This document shows, piece after piece, positions 18,774 through 28,331 of a stretch of DNA of 50,030 nucleotides. The DNA lies in assembly GCA_050633305.1 (NCBI GenBank), contig JBOEGF010000016.1, forward strand, positions 134,059 through 184,088. Reading direction: 5' to 3'. Origin of the DNA: Nannocystales bacterium (lineage in GTDB: Bacteria; Myxococcota_A; Polyangia; Nannocystales; Nannocystaceae). Positions within the stretch are counted from its first letter, which is position 1. The number at the start of each line of letters is the position of its first letter. The notes below the pieces were generated by a model. That model ran no database searches, had not been told where the DNA came from, and worked only from the letters and a program-made list of their open reading frames with translations. The position numbers and the translations under genes were made by a program.

Positions 18774-21428
18774 TCAGCTCGCACGTTCGATGGCCGGCGC
18801 CGGCTCGACCGGCAAGGCCTTCACCTTGACCGTTGGGGACAGAGGCACAATAAACGCGATTTCGGTGCCCTTCCCATGCTCGGAGTGAACCTCGACATGC
18901 CCGCCCAACGCCTCACAGGCGCGTTTGGTCGCCGTGGTCCCCACGCCGCGGCCTGACAGCTCCGTCACCTGCTCCGCCGTGCTCACGCCGCTCGAGAACA
19001 TGAGTTCGACGAGTTCTTCGTGAGTGCTGTGGGGCAGGCCGCGCTCGGCTCCGATGGCCCTCAGGCGGGTCCAGTCGATCCCGCCGCCGTCGTCGGTGAT
19101 GGAGATGCGCAGCTCCGACTCACGGTGAAGCGCCGCTTCGACTTTGAGCGAGCCACGCGCGGACTTGCCACGCTCAGCGCGAAGTTCGGCGTCCTCGATG
19201 CCGTGGTCCACAGCGTTGCGAATCACGTGGATGAGCTCGCCAAGCAGCTCCCGGGCAAACCCAGGGGTGGTACGCAGACCGTGGCTTTGGACGTCGACAT
19301 CGACCATCTTGCCGATCTTCTCTGCGACCCGCTCGGCCCGAACGCCAACACGCTGAAGCTCGGCCTCCATGGGTTCGAGGAGCCAGAGTTCGAGTCGTTC
19401 GGACAGGCCCGAATCGACAGGCTTCAGAAGATCCACGAGGTGCTCGAGTTCCTCTCGCACCACGCTGACCTGCTCTTCGTTCGTCGGACTCGAGAACACC
19501 GCGACGCGTTCCAGCATGCGGTCCCAGCCCTCGCTGATCGACTCGAGTTCGGATGCGGTCGGCAGCCGTGGCTCGCCATCGTCAGCTGCATCCTGCAGCG
19601 CAGTCTCGAGGTCGTGGGAGATCTCCGCGAGCTCGGCGGCGCCGTACACCGCACAGTTGCCCTTGAGTGTGTGCAAGACCAGCTTGACCACTCCGGTTCG
19701 CTTGGTCTCCTTGAGTTTGGCGATCAACCCCGACCCATCTTCGACGAAGCGAACGAACCCATCGCGGTCTTCCAGCAGGTGCTGAACGAGGCGCTGGAAT
19801 TCTTGGGTCTCGCGCTGCGCTCGCTCTGCCTCGAGGCGGGACGTGATGTCCTGAATGATGACCAACAGGGCCTTCACTGCGCCATCCTCGTCCGTACTCG
19901 GGGCTGGGCGGTAGTTGAACTCCAGAACACGGCCGTTCTCCAGCGTGCGCCGGGATGGCATCTGATCGAGGCACAGCTCGACGGGCAAAATGTCCATCGC
20001 GACCTGCTCGAGCTCCATCGCGAACGAGACCTGTTGCGACTCGAGGTCGAACAAATACTCGGCCGCGGGCTGGCCCGGTGCTTGTGGGCCAAACCACTCC
20101 GTGACCACGGCCGAGCGCTCATCGCCGGCGAGCCCGTCCACGGAGACCTCGAGCACACCCTCTGCCAATCCGTTGAGAAGGCCTCGCACCGCGAGCTCTC
20201 GCTGGGCCAGAGCCTCCGTTCGCTCTTGGACCTTGGATTCGAGCACGCTGTTGGCGGTCTCGAGGTCCTCTTTCAGCTTCACCAGCTCAGCGTTCGTTGT
20301 TCGGAGGTTACGAACCGACTGTGCGATTCGTTGCAAGGCCATCGCCACGGCAACCAGAGCCACCAGGCCCGCGAGAATGGCGATCCACTGCGATTGCGAG
20401 ACCGAGACCACCGCGAACTTCTTGAGCTCGGCGACCATCGACTTTGCGTCCGCCTGCACTGCTTCGGCACCGTGACCCAAGTTGGATGCCGTGGTCTGAA
20501 ACTCGTCGCGAACGTCAGCCGCAACCCCGATCTCGTCGAGAATCGAACGACGCAATCCACGAAGGCTGTCCTCGGTCTCTCCACTGCCCAACTCCACGAC
20601 ACGAAGGAAGTCCTTGCGCAGTTGTTGGACCTCGGCTGTGTGCGCGGCGTTGTCACTGACAAGTTCTTGCGTGTCGTCGAGACGTCGCTTGACTGACCCC
20701 ACCGTGGGTCCAACCTCGTTGGCTACGATCGAGTTCAGGGAGTCGAGGTCATTGGTGAGCCCGATCTTTCCTAGCTGCACGCCGAGGCGGATGGCCTCGG
20801 GCCGTAGGTCCTGGAGCGCGTCGTAGGTGGCGCGGTCAGACCCGTGGGTGATCGCGCGTACGCTGGCGGGCGTCACGGACTCATCCAACGCGGCGAGTTT
20901 CGAGACGTAGTCCAGCCGGACGCGGCCTTGCAGCGACTCGAGTTGCTGCAGGAATGTGCCGAGGTTCTTGTTCACCTCGAGCACGCGTTCGTTGAAGCGG
21001 GCGTTGAGCCCGTGGCGACGCCCAACCGAAGAGGTGAGCTTCGTTTTCTGCTCTCGGAACTCGGCGAGTTCTCGATCGAGCGTGGAAAGCCTTTCTTGCG
21101 CTCCCTCGGGCGCAACTGCATCTGCTTGCTCGAACAAGGTGCGGAGCTTGAGCAGGTGAGCGTCGAGGCTTGCATCGGCGCGAGTCGCCATGACCTCGTC
21201 GTAGGACTCTTGGTCCACGGTCGCGTTCAATCGCGACTGCCACTCGAAGGCGTTGGCCAAGGACTCGGATACCCCGCTGAGTTCGTCCCCGATCGGGATG
21301 ACTCGGTCGGTCATACCCGAGGTCACCTCCTGCATCGCGCGCAGCGAGAGAAAGAGTGAACCACCCAGCGTGACCACGATCAGCAAGATCGCGCCCACGA
21401 GCATCCCCATGTTCTTGTCCAGTTTCAT
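18774..21428 (-). CDS. Transmembrane CheA-like histidine kinase lacking a CheW domain (class III-type): periplasmic helical sensor, coiled coil, PAS-like, Hpt, HATPase
   Basis: Two TMs. Hpt LHTLKG. CheA-type HVIRNAVDHGIE, DDGGGID, FSSGVSTAEQVTELSGRGVG. Protein ends right after the HATPase domain. Confidence 0.88.
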   Translation of the reverse strand: MKLDKNMGMLVGAILLIVVTLGGSLFLSLRAMQEVTSGMTDRVIPIGDELSGVSESLANAFEWQSRLNATVDQESYDEVMATRADASLDAHLLKLRTLFEQADAVAPEGAQERLSTLDRELAEFREQKTKLTSSVGRRHGLNARFNERVLEVNKNLGTFLQQLESLQGRVRLDYVSKLAALDESVTPASVRAITHGSDRATYDALQDLRPEAIRLGVQLGKIGLTNDLDSLNSIVANEVGPTVGSVKRRLDDTQELVSDNAAHTAEVQQLRKDFLRVVELGSGETEDSLRGLRRSILDEIGVAADVRDEFQTTASNLGHGAEAVQADAKSMVAELKKFAVVSVSQSQWIAILAGLVALVAVAMALQRIAQSVRNLRTTNAELVKLKEDLETANSVLESKVQERTEALAQRELAVRGLLNGLAEGVLEVSVDGLAGDERSAVVTEWFGPQAPGQPAAEYLFDLESQQVSFAMELEQVAMDILPVELCLDQMPSRRTLENGRVLEFNYRPAPSTDEDGAVKALLVIIQDITSRLEAERAQRETQEFQRLVQHLLEDRDGFVRFVEDGSGLIAKLKETKRTGVVKLVLHTLKGNCAVYGAAELAEISHDLETALQDAADDGEPRLPTASELESISEGWDRMLERVAVFSSPTNEEQVSVVREELEHLVDLLKPVDSGLSERLELWLLEPMEAELQRVGVRAERVAEKIGKMVDVDVQSHGLRTTPGFARELLGELIHVIRNAVDHGIEDAELRAERGKSARGSLKVEAALHRESELRISITDDGGGIDWTRLRAIGAERGLPHSTHEELVELMFSSGVSTAEQVTELSGRGVGTTATKRACEALGGHVEVHSEHGKGTEIAFIVPLSPTVKVKALPVEPAPAIERAS

Positions 21429-22621
21429 CGCGACACCTTCTGCATCAACAGGCTCCAGTCATCGAGAACCTCGATCTGTCCGGAACGGATCACCGTTGGC
21501 CACACCGACTGCTCATACTGGTGTTGTTCCTTCGACAAACGACGAGGCTTTTCCAGCCCGAGGTCGATTTCCCGGCCCGACTCGATCTCGTCGAGCACAC
21601 TCTCCCGCGGGTTCGACAGGTCTGACTTCTCCAGCGCTTCGATGAAGAAACGGGCCGCCAGGTACCCCTCGAATGAAACGAATCCCCGCTCCTTCGGGTC
21701 CGAGAGCACGGACCGAAATCGCCTCGCTGCCGGAAGGCTGCTCAGCTCGGGGTGCGGTACGACCTGCGACACAGCGACGTTCTCCGCGAGGTCTGGGCCC
21801 AGCCGCTCGAGCAGCGGGTTCGCGCCGATGAACGAAACGCCGACAAACGCCGCCCCAAGGCCGCGCTCCTTGGCCAGTCGGACCATCTTCGCGCACGGGT
21901 CGGCGGTGCCGACCATGAACACAATCCGGGGCCGGTTGCGCGGGTCGATGAGCTGCGACACCCCGTACTCGACGTCGTCGGTGTTTCGCGTGTACCGAGC
22001 GTGGGTGAGTCGTTCCGCCCTCTCGAATCCCTGAGACTTCAGCGCCTGCATTGCACCGGAGTGCCCGGCATCCCCGTAGGCGTCGTTCTGTGTGAAGAAC
22101 GCGATCTCCTCCGGTTTCACGTCGGTCTCCCGAAGCAAGCGTGTGATCAGCTGGTCCATTTCCTGGGCATAGCTGGCTCGGTAGTTGACGACGTACCGGT
22201 CCGGCGGCGTCTTGCGGAGCAAGCCTGCGCCCGTAAATGCGCCCCAAAAAGGAACCTTCTTCTCGTTCGCAATGGGCACCGCGACCGCAGCGGTGGGCGT
22301 GCCGACGTTGCCGAGCACGGCGATGACGTCGTGCTCATCGATCAGTTTGCGCATGTTGGGTGCGGTTCTCGATGGTTCGTATCCATCGTCGAGCGGGACT
22401 AACTCCAAGGGGCGTCCGCCGATCCCTCCCTTCGCGTTCTGTTCAGAGAATGCAGCCAGCACGCCTGTTCGCATTCCTGTCCCGAGGCTTTGGGCGGGTC
22501 CGGTGAATGCGGCAGACATGCCGATGCGTAGTGGCTCGGCAGCGAGGACGACTCTCGGTACAGCGAGGGCTGCGGGAACAGCCCCGGCTAGCCAATGGAG
22601 GATTCGACGGCGGGTGATCAT
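21425..22621 (-). CDS. Periplasmic solute-binding protein (type I, branched-chain amino acid-binding-like) with twin-arginine signal
   Basis: MITRRRILHWL signal, IGMSAAFTGP, N.KGGI.GR, LDDGYEP, GNVGTPT, NYRASY, QNDAYG. ATGA overlap with the kinase. Confidence 0.9.
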   Translation of the reverse strand: MITRRRILHWLAGAVPAALAVPRVVLAAEPLRIGMSAAFTGPAQSLGTGMRTGVLAAFSEQNAKGGIGGRPLELVPLDDGYEPSRTAPNMRKLIDEHDVIAVLGNVGTPTAAVAVPIANEKKVPFWGAFTGAGLLRKTPPDRYVVNYRASYAQEMDQLITRLLRETDVKPEEIAFFTQNDAYGDAGHSGAMQALKSQGFERAERLTHARYTRNTDDVEYGVSQLIDPRNRPRIVFMVGTADPCAKMVRLAKERGLGAAFVGVSFIGANPLLERLGPDLAENVAVSQVVPHPELSSLPAARRFRSVLSDPKERGFVSFEGYLAARFFIEALEKSDLSNPRESVLDEIESGREIDLGLEKPRRLSKEQHQYEQSVWPTVIRSGQIEVLDDWSLLMQKVSR

Positions 22622-22798
22622 GCGCGGAGAGTTCTCTCCGTAGCGCATCGGTCGCTGCGTCCAGCGAGTTGAGCGAACGTCCGAACTCGGTCCCGGATGC
22701 ACCTCCTCGTCCCGAACCTGCACCGCGGGTTCAGCCGGACGCTCACAAGAGCGCGTCGTACGGGCCGAGTCCCACACGAGGCGCCTGCGGCCTCGGGG

Positions 22799-24376
22799 CT
22801 ACGGCCAGAGTGACTTGCGAAGACCCGAGATGAACCCCTGCACGAACTGCCGGCCCCCGAGCGTGACGGAGCCTGTTGTCGTGTTGTGGGTCGGGTGGTT
22901 CTTGCTCTGCAGGTCGACGATGAGCGAGCCGTCGATGTCGTCGAGGTTGACCCGGGGGTCGGCGGATAGAGCCTCGGCGAGGTTGAAGTGGAGTCGCAAC
23001 GTCGCGTCCGAGCCGTCTACGCGTGTGCCGGTTGCGCGGTCGTGCAGGCGGTCCATCGCCGCGAGTGGGTCCGAGCCGAGCGTGAACCAAAGCATGTCGT
23101 GCGACGTACCGAGCGCGGCCCGTGGATGTTCTCCGAAGTAGGGCGCCATCGGCGGGAGCACAGTTGCCAAGTCCACGTCGAAGAGCGCGACCTCGTAGTC
23201 GCCGACCGGAGGCTCGAGCACCGCAATCCCCGGCTGCGGGAATGCGCGGGCCAGGGTCTCGGTCACCCGCACCAGCTGTGGGTAGCCGCTCTTGGCGAAC
23301 CCAGTGAAGGCCACCGTGAGCGTCGCTGCGTCCTCGACGTCGAGGCTGGCCGCGAGATCGAGGCCTGCGTGTGTCTCGCGGAGGAGGTCGTGTTCCAGAA
23401 CGTCGAGCAGGGAGCTGCCGTTCTCGAGCAGGACTGGACGGTGGGGCGAGGGGGCCTGCGCGATCGCGATCGGGAGCAGGAGTCGGATCTCTTGGAGGGT
23501 GTCCTGCATCTCCGTCCGGTCGAGTTCGTCGAGGGGAACGGGGAGCGCAATGGAGCCTGAAAACGCACTTGCGTAGGGGACAAGTGACGCACTCCGTGAG
23601 GTGGCCTGAGACGCCTGTTGGTAGTCGAGTTGAAGTGTGGAGCCCGACTCCGGGGTGACCGTGACATCGAACGAGATGGTCTTCCCGACGTAGCGTAGGG
23701 ACGCGTCGAGCGAGGCGTTGCTCTCGAGGTACGAGCGCCACTGGTCGCTTCGCATCGCCTGGCGGAAGCTCTTCATGGTTGGCTCGCTTGCCTCGGCAGC
23801 ATCGCCTTTCGCATGGGCATCGGAGATGAGCCGGTCTCGTTGGGCCGAGCTGAGCTTGGAAGAGTCGATGTGCGCCACGAGCGTTGCGTCTGCGCGCTCT
23901 TGGTGCCGCTGTGGTGGTGCAGCGGAGAAGGTCTTGGATACGGCGCCGGACTCGGAGACCACGACCGAGTCCGCTGAGATCTCGACCTGGTTGCGGAGCA
24001 CCCAAGCCGTGCCCATCTCCGCCTCGAGCTTCTCGAGTTCCTCCCGCAGCTCGACTCCGGCCCCGCCCGAGAGTCGGATCCCTGGGATGGTCTTGCCATC
24101 GACCTCCGCGACGAGGAACTCGAGCCGAGCGTCCAACAGAACGTCGGAGATCTTCGGGGTTGGTCGCTCGACCAAGGCGGCGAGGAGGTCCACGCATCGC
24201 CGGACCGAGATGCAGGTCACCGTGCCGAGCAGGACTGCGTCTTGCTCGCGAGGTTCCGAGTGGTCACCAGCGGCGATAACAGACCCCACCGTCGTCGGGG
24301 CAGAAGTGGGGGCGGCCTTGCAACTCATCAGGAGCGCGGCAGCGAGTGCCCAGCCTGGGCGTCCAATCACGGTCAT
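22799..24376 (-). CDS. Hypothetical lipoprotein
   Basis: Long ORF with lipobox LLMS-C after ATG 24376. No family recognised. Confidence 0.6.
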   Translation of the reverse strand: MTVIGRPGWALAAALLMSCKAAPTSAPTTVGSVIAAGDHSEPREQDAVLLGTVTCISVRRCVDLLAALVERPTPKISDVLLDARLEFLVAEVDGKTIPGIRLSGGAGVELREELEKLEAEMGTAWVLRNQVEISADSVVVSESGAVSKTFSAAPPQRHQERADATLVAHIDSSKLSSAQRDRLISDAHAKGDAAEASEPTMKSFRQAMRSDQWRSYLESNASLDASLRYVGKTISFDVTVTPESGSTLQLDYQQASQATSRSASLVPYASAFSGSIALPVPLDELDRTEMQDTLQEIRLLLPIAIAQAPSPHRPVLLENGSSLLDVLEHDLLRETHAGLDLAASLDVEDAATLTVAFTGFAKSGYPQLVRVTETLARAFPQPGIAVLEPPVGDYEVALFDVDLATVLPPMAPYFGEHPRAALGTSHDMLWFTLGSDPLAAMDRLHDRATGTRVDGSDATLRLHFNLAEALSADPRVNLDDIDGSLIVDLQSKNHPTHNTTTGSVTLGGRQFVQGFISGLRKSLWP

Positions 24377-24474
24377 GAGCCGATGGTGCCCGGGACGCTC
24401 GCAAGAGTCATGCGGACCGTGGTCCATCGGCCGTGCTTTCGGGCAGGGGGCCGTCCAAAGTTGATGTCAGGGCG

Positions 24475-24509
24475 CAGAAAAGCCCCGGGCACGTGCCGCG
24501 GGGCTTCTG
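24475..24509 (-). terminator. Intrinsic terminator of the Crp/Fnr gene
   Basis: Minus strand AAGCCCCG...CGGGGCTTTTCTG stem-loop with U tract, 21 bp after the stop. Confidence 0.7.
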
Positions 24510-24529
24510 TTGTCGGCGGAACCCGGACG

Positions 24530-25237
24530 CTACTCGTAGGTGACGCGTTCGAGGGCGCCGAGGTCGAGGACGACGATCTCTTGGCGGCTCAAGCTGAGGA
24601 CGCCGTTGCGCTGCATTCGGTTGAGCGCGCGGGAAATCTCTTCGCGGACGGTCCCGAGTCGCGCGGCGACGGTGTTCATGTCCAGCTGGCGAGGGATGAC
24701 CGTGGGCTTGCCCTGCTCGGCCCCGTTGCGGATGGCGAGCGTGAACAGGAAGGAAGCGAGCCTGCGCTCGACGGAGCGCAGCGACAGGTCGAGGACGAGG
24801 TCGATGAGCCGGTTGGCCCGGAAGGCCATCTGCCGCATGAGCGCGAACGCGAGCGTCTCGTTGCTGCTGATGAGTTTGACGACACCGTCGGTATCGAAGC
24901 GCCAAACCTCGGAGTCGGTCATCGCAAACCCGGAAGCGGCGCACTGCACGTCGCGGGGCAGGAAGCCTTCTCCGATCAGCTTGCCTGGCTCGGCGAGGTA
25001 GAGAATCTGCTCTCGTCCCTCGCTGGAGATGAGGCTCAACTTGAACTCACCGGACTTCACGAGGAAAAGGCCGGGGCCTGGCTCTCCGCGGCGGAAGACC
25101 GAGCGCTTCCGCTTGACCTCAATGGTCTCGGCGATGTCACACAGCCCTTTGACGATGTCTTCGGGCACACGCTCCCAACCGGACCACCGGTGGAGCATTT
25201 TGCTGATCAGTTCCGAGTCTGCCTGGTCGACAGCCAT
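24530..25237 (-). CDS. Crp/Fnr family transcriptional regulator
   Basis: cNMP-binding-like VFRRGEP...GREQIL...GE, C-helix VERRLA, HTH AARLGTVREEISRAL. Confidence 0.93.
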   Translation of the reverse strand: MAVDQADSELISKMLHRWSGWERVPEDIVKGLCDIAETIEVKRKRSVFRRGEPGPGLFLVKSGEFKLSLISSEGREQILYLAEPGKLIGEGFLPRDVQCAASGFAMTDSEVWRFDTDGVVKLISSNETLAFALMRQMAFRANRLIDLVLDLSLRSVERRLASFLFTLAIRNGAEQGKPTVIPRQLDMNTVAARLGTVREEISRALNRMQRNGVLSLSRQEIVVLDLGALERVTYE

Positions 25238-25392
25238 GGCCCGGAATATAGCTTGAACCTCTCGGCGAAGCGACTGATCTCACGTCCAGCGCCAACACCG
25301 CGTTCTGAGCGCGACAGCGCCAACCTGGCCCGTTTCGGGAGGCCTGGACGGGGACGAGAACGGGGACCGGGCGGGGCTCCACCCTCGGAGGG

Positions 25393-25734
25393 TTAGGTTG
25401 GTTCGTAGACGCCGCCCTCGAAGCGGCCCTGCTTGTACCCGGAGGGCGGCGCTTCGGCGCGGATCTTTCGAAGCCACTCCCAGGTGTAGATCCCCGAGTC
25501 GTGGCCGTCGTGAAACCGGATCCCGAGCGCGTACGCGCCGATCTCGAACAGCCCGTCGACGGTCGTCTCCTCAGGGGCAGCCAAGTACTTCACCTCGTTG
25601 CCGTGTCCCTGACACCCGGCACATGGACACCAACTCCGCAGGTAGGGGACCGGGTACGTGGACGCCGTGTCGTCTTCCCACGTCACGACGAGTTCGTTGC
25701 GTGACTTGGAGTGCGCGATGTCGACCGGCTTCAT
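25393..25734 (-). CDS. DUF971 (gamma-butyrobetaine hydroxylase N-terminal-like) protein
   Basis: LRSWCPCAGCQGH and GAYALGIRF.DGHDSGIYTW.WL motifs. Confidence 0.9.
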   Translation of the reverse strand: MKPVDIAHSKSRNELVVTWEDDTASTYPVPYLRSWCPCAGCQGHGNEVKYLAAPEETTVDGLFEIGAYALGIRFHDGHDSGIYTWEWLRKIRAEAPPSGYKQGRFEGGVYEPT

Positions 25735-25743
25735 CGCGGGCGC

Positions 25744-26619
25744 TTATAGCCCAAGCCCTACGAGTACGCCGCTGATCCGAGGCTGCAGCTCGACCGGGAC
25801 CCATGCTTTTCCTGGCTCGTTCGGGGAGCCGAACACGAGGCCGCAGGCGCGGAGCAGCTCGACCGGGTTGTGCGTGGGCAATGGGGTGCCGCCGACCACG
25901 AGGGCGAGTGGCGACGGCTCTGCGAGTTCTTCCAACTCTGCTTCGAGGATCTCTCCGCGAACGAGCTCCAGCAACACGCGCTGCGCGGTCGCCTCGAGGG
26001 TCGCGAGGAGGATCGCGAGAAGGTGGTCGTCGCGAAGGGTCTCCACGATCGAGTCGGCAAAGTGAGCGCGTCGTGCGTCGGCATCGAGAGCCTCGCACGG
26101 AGGGACACCGAGCCGTCGGCCAAGATCCAGGAGGTCGGCGTCGGGGAGCGCTCGCAAGCCGGCTCGAAGAGAACGAAGCCCGTCGGGAGCTTGTTCGAGC
26201 ACGGTGGAGGAGTGTTCCTCCGGAGCGTGGTGAGGGCGCAGCAGGGGCTCGTGGAGCTCGTGGTCCTCGATGCGGATGATGAGTTCGAAGGCCCGAACTT
26301 CGGCGCGTTGGGGTCCCGTGAGTCCGTTGTCGACCCACGCTTCGATCGTGAGCAGTCCGCGGACCGCCGCCTCGACCTGGGCTTGGTCACCGCTCCCATC
26401 GATCAGGTACCGCGCAGTGACGGAGTCGAAGTGGGCCAGACGACTGACCACATCGCTTCGCCAGCGCGTGATGCTGTGGCCTGCGGCCTGCATCGCGCGG
26501 AGGAGTCGAGCCATGTCCCGGCGGGCGGCGCGAATGCCGACCTCCAACGGGTTGAGCGCAACGGAGGCCCGCCCTCCATCGAGGACTCGCAGTTGGGGTC
26601 TCTGCTGATTCTCCGCCAC
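25744..26619 (-). CDS. Hypothetical protein
   Basis: 291-aa ORF 9 bp upstream of the DUF971 gene. Helical, with N-terminal LRVLDGG and C-terminal LRACGLVF...WVPVEL. Confidence 0.65.
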   Translation of the reverse strand: MAENQQRPQLRVLDGGRASVALNPLEVGIRAARRDMARLLRAMQAAGHSITRWRSDVVSRLAHFDSVTARYLIDGSGDQAQVEAAVRGLLTIEAWVDNGLTGPQRAEVRAFELIIRIEDHELHEPLLRPHHAPEEHSSTVLEQAPDGLRSLRAGLRALPDADLLDLGRRLGVPPCEALDADARRAHFADSIVETLRDDHLLAILLATLEATAQRVLLELVRGEILEAELEELAEPSPLALVVGGTPLPTHNPVELLRACGLVFGSPNEPGKAWVPVELQPRISGVLVGLGL

Positions 26620-26828
26620 GAGTCAGGCATCGGGTGTCTGAGCGGCGATCTTGACCGAGGCGCGTGCTTTGGGCCGTCGTCCCCGCGCGGCTTTGAGGCA
26701 GGGGACCCATTGTGGGGCAGGCCTACGCGCGGATTGTCGCTCGTCGGTCCACGCGAGGCCGAATACGGAACCGACGAAAACGCGCCGACTCGAACGCGTC
26801 TCGCAACCGCGACGCTGCGAGATGCGTT

Positions 26829-27644
26829 TCAACCAAACACCGCGACGAGTTGCTCGGTCCACCCAACCATCGTCCCCGTGGCGTCGTACAGCCGCCCGGT
26901 CACCGTGTGAAGGCCGTTCGATCCCGTGAGGGACTCGTAGCGGAGGGTGAACCAGTCGTCGAAGCTCGCGGGGACCGACAGTGGGTGCGCGGTCCAGGTC
27001 ACGGTACTCGCCGGGGCGGGTGTCTTGAGCAGTGAGAGAACCGGCGCAGGGTAGGAGTCGAGCAGGGCGAGGACTCCCTCCACACCCCCGAGGGGCACGC
27101 GGTAGCGAAAGACGCCCGTGAATGCTGGCTCGGTGCCGCCCATGAATGGAGGGCGCCCTTCGGCCCACCGCATGTCCATCTTCTGGGTGAACTCAGGCGT
27201 GACTCCCTCGATGTATGGGATCGGGGAGAAGGTGTCGGGATCGCCGATCTCCGGCATCGGCGGTGCCGCGATTTCGATGCTGCTCTCGAGGCGCTTCGCG
27301 AACACCATCGTGGAACGGGCGACCAATCCATCGGTCTGGTGAAGGCGGACTTCGACGAAGGTGATGTTTCGGCCTCGGCGGAGGACAGTGGCCTCACCGC
27401 GGGTCGTTCCGGGAAGAACGGGGGCCACCAGCTGGATGCTGGCCGAGCGAAGAGAGCGGGTGATGTCAGGCTCGGTGTTGCGGGCGAGCGCCGCCATGAT
27501 CGCAGCGGTGAGGCCGCCGAACGTCGAGCGGCCTTGCATCCAACCGTGCGGGATCTCGATCGAGGCATGCTCACCGTCTTGGGTCCAGGCATCGCGGAGT
27601 GAAGCGTCGAGGAGCATGGGTACTGTTTCGTTCATGGAGTCCAT
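26829..27644 (-). CDS. Acyl-CoA thioesterase family protein (double hot-dog)
   Basis: GWMQGRSTFGGL, LRRGRN, PEFTQ, LLDSYP, PASTVTW motifs. Start may be 27635. Confidence 0.88.
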   Translation of the reverse strand: MDSMNETVPMLLDASLRDAWTQDGEHASIEIPHGWMQGRSTFGGLTAAIMAALARNTEPDITRSLRSASIQLVAPVLPGTTRGEATVLRRGRNITFVEVRLHQTDGLVARSTMVFAKRLESSIEIAAPPMPEIGDPDTFSPIPYIEGVTPEFTQKMDMRWAEGRPPFMGGTEPAFTGVFRYRVPLGGVEGVLALLDSYPAPVLSLLKTPAPASTVTWTAHPLSVPASFDDWFTLRYESLTGSNGLHTVTGRLYDATGTMVGWTEQLVAVFG

Positions 27645-28231
27645 CCGTGGGCGCGAAGGAGCGCGGTGGTCATGGGCCGGAGCAGGTCTTCGGCGGATTG
27701 CCCGACGGTGAAGCGCTTGGAGAGGGAGAGCGCGACGATGCCGTGCACCCCAGACCAGAGAAGATGGGCGAGGTGCTCGGCGTCTGCCTGTACGCGGCCG
27801 GCTTGCACCGCGGCTTGCACCGCGCCCATCACGACGTGCCAGGTTGCGACGCCGGCAGCGTGCGCGTCGGGATACGCAGCCGGGTCGGGTTGGCCGAGCT
27901 GGAACATCAGCCGAAACTCGGCGGGGTGTTGGCAGGCGTGCGCGTGATAGACGGCCGACACCTCGAACACGCGTTCGATCGGGTCAGCGACCGCTCCAAG
28001 TCTCGCCTCGAGCACGGTGGCGAAGCGTTGGTAGCAGGTCGCCCGAACCGACATGAACAGCTCTTCCTTGCTTTCGAAGTAGCGGTACGGAGTGGTGGGA
28101 CTGACGCCCATCGCCTTGGCGAGTTGCCGCAACGAGACCTCCGACTGGGACGCGAAGAGCTCGAGTGCTGCCTCCACGGCTCGCGTTCGAAACGCGGCGA
28201 TGCCGGCTTCGGACAGTGCGGGTCGGCCCAT
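27632..28231 (-). CDS. TetR/AcrR family regulator (WHG-type C-terminus)
   Basis: SLRQLAKAMGVSPTTPYRYFESKEEL HTH and LWSGVHG. Confidence 0.93.
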   Translation of the reverse strand: MGRPALSEAGIAAFRTRAVEAALELFASQSEVSLRQLAKAMGVSPTTPYRYFESKEELFMSVRATCYQRFATVLEARLGAVADPIERVFEVSAVYHAHACQHPAEFRLMFQLGQPDPAAYPDAHAAGVATWHVVMGAVQAAVQAGRVQADAEHLAHLLWSGVHGIVALSLSKRFTVGQSAEDLLRPMTTALLRAHGWTP

Positions 28232-28237
28232 GGCCCC

Positions 28238-28265
28238 GTTGTACGAGTTAAATTTACATTGTCAA
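28238..28265 (-). promoter_or_regulatory. sigma70-type promoter and overlapping palindrome for tetR
   Basis: TTGACA-N16-TACAAC ending 6 bp before the ATG. TTTACA-T-TGTCAA palindrome overlaps the -35. Confidence 0.6.
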
Positions 28266-28331
28266 ATCTACGTGAGCTGCTGCGTAGGCCGTTTTCTTTG
28301 AGTATGTCCCACAGTGTAGGACAGTGTGGGC

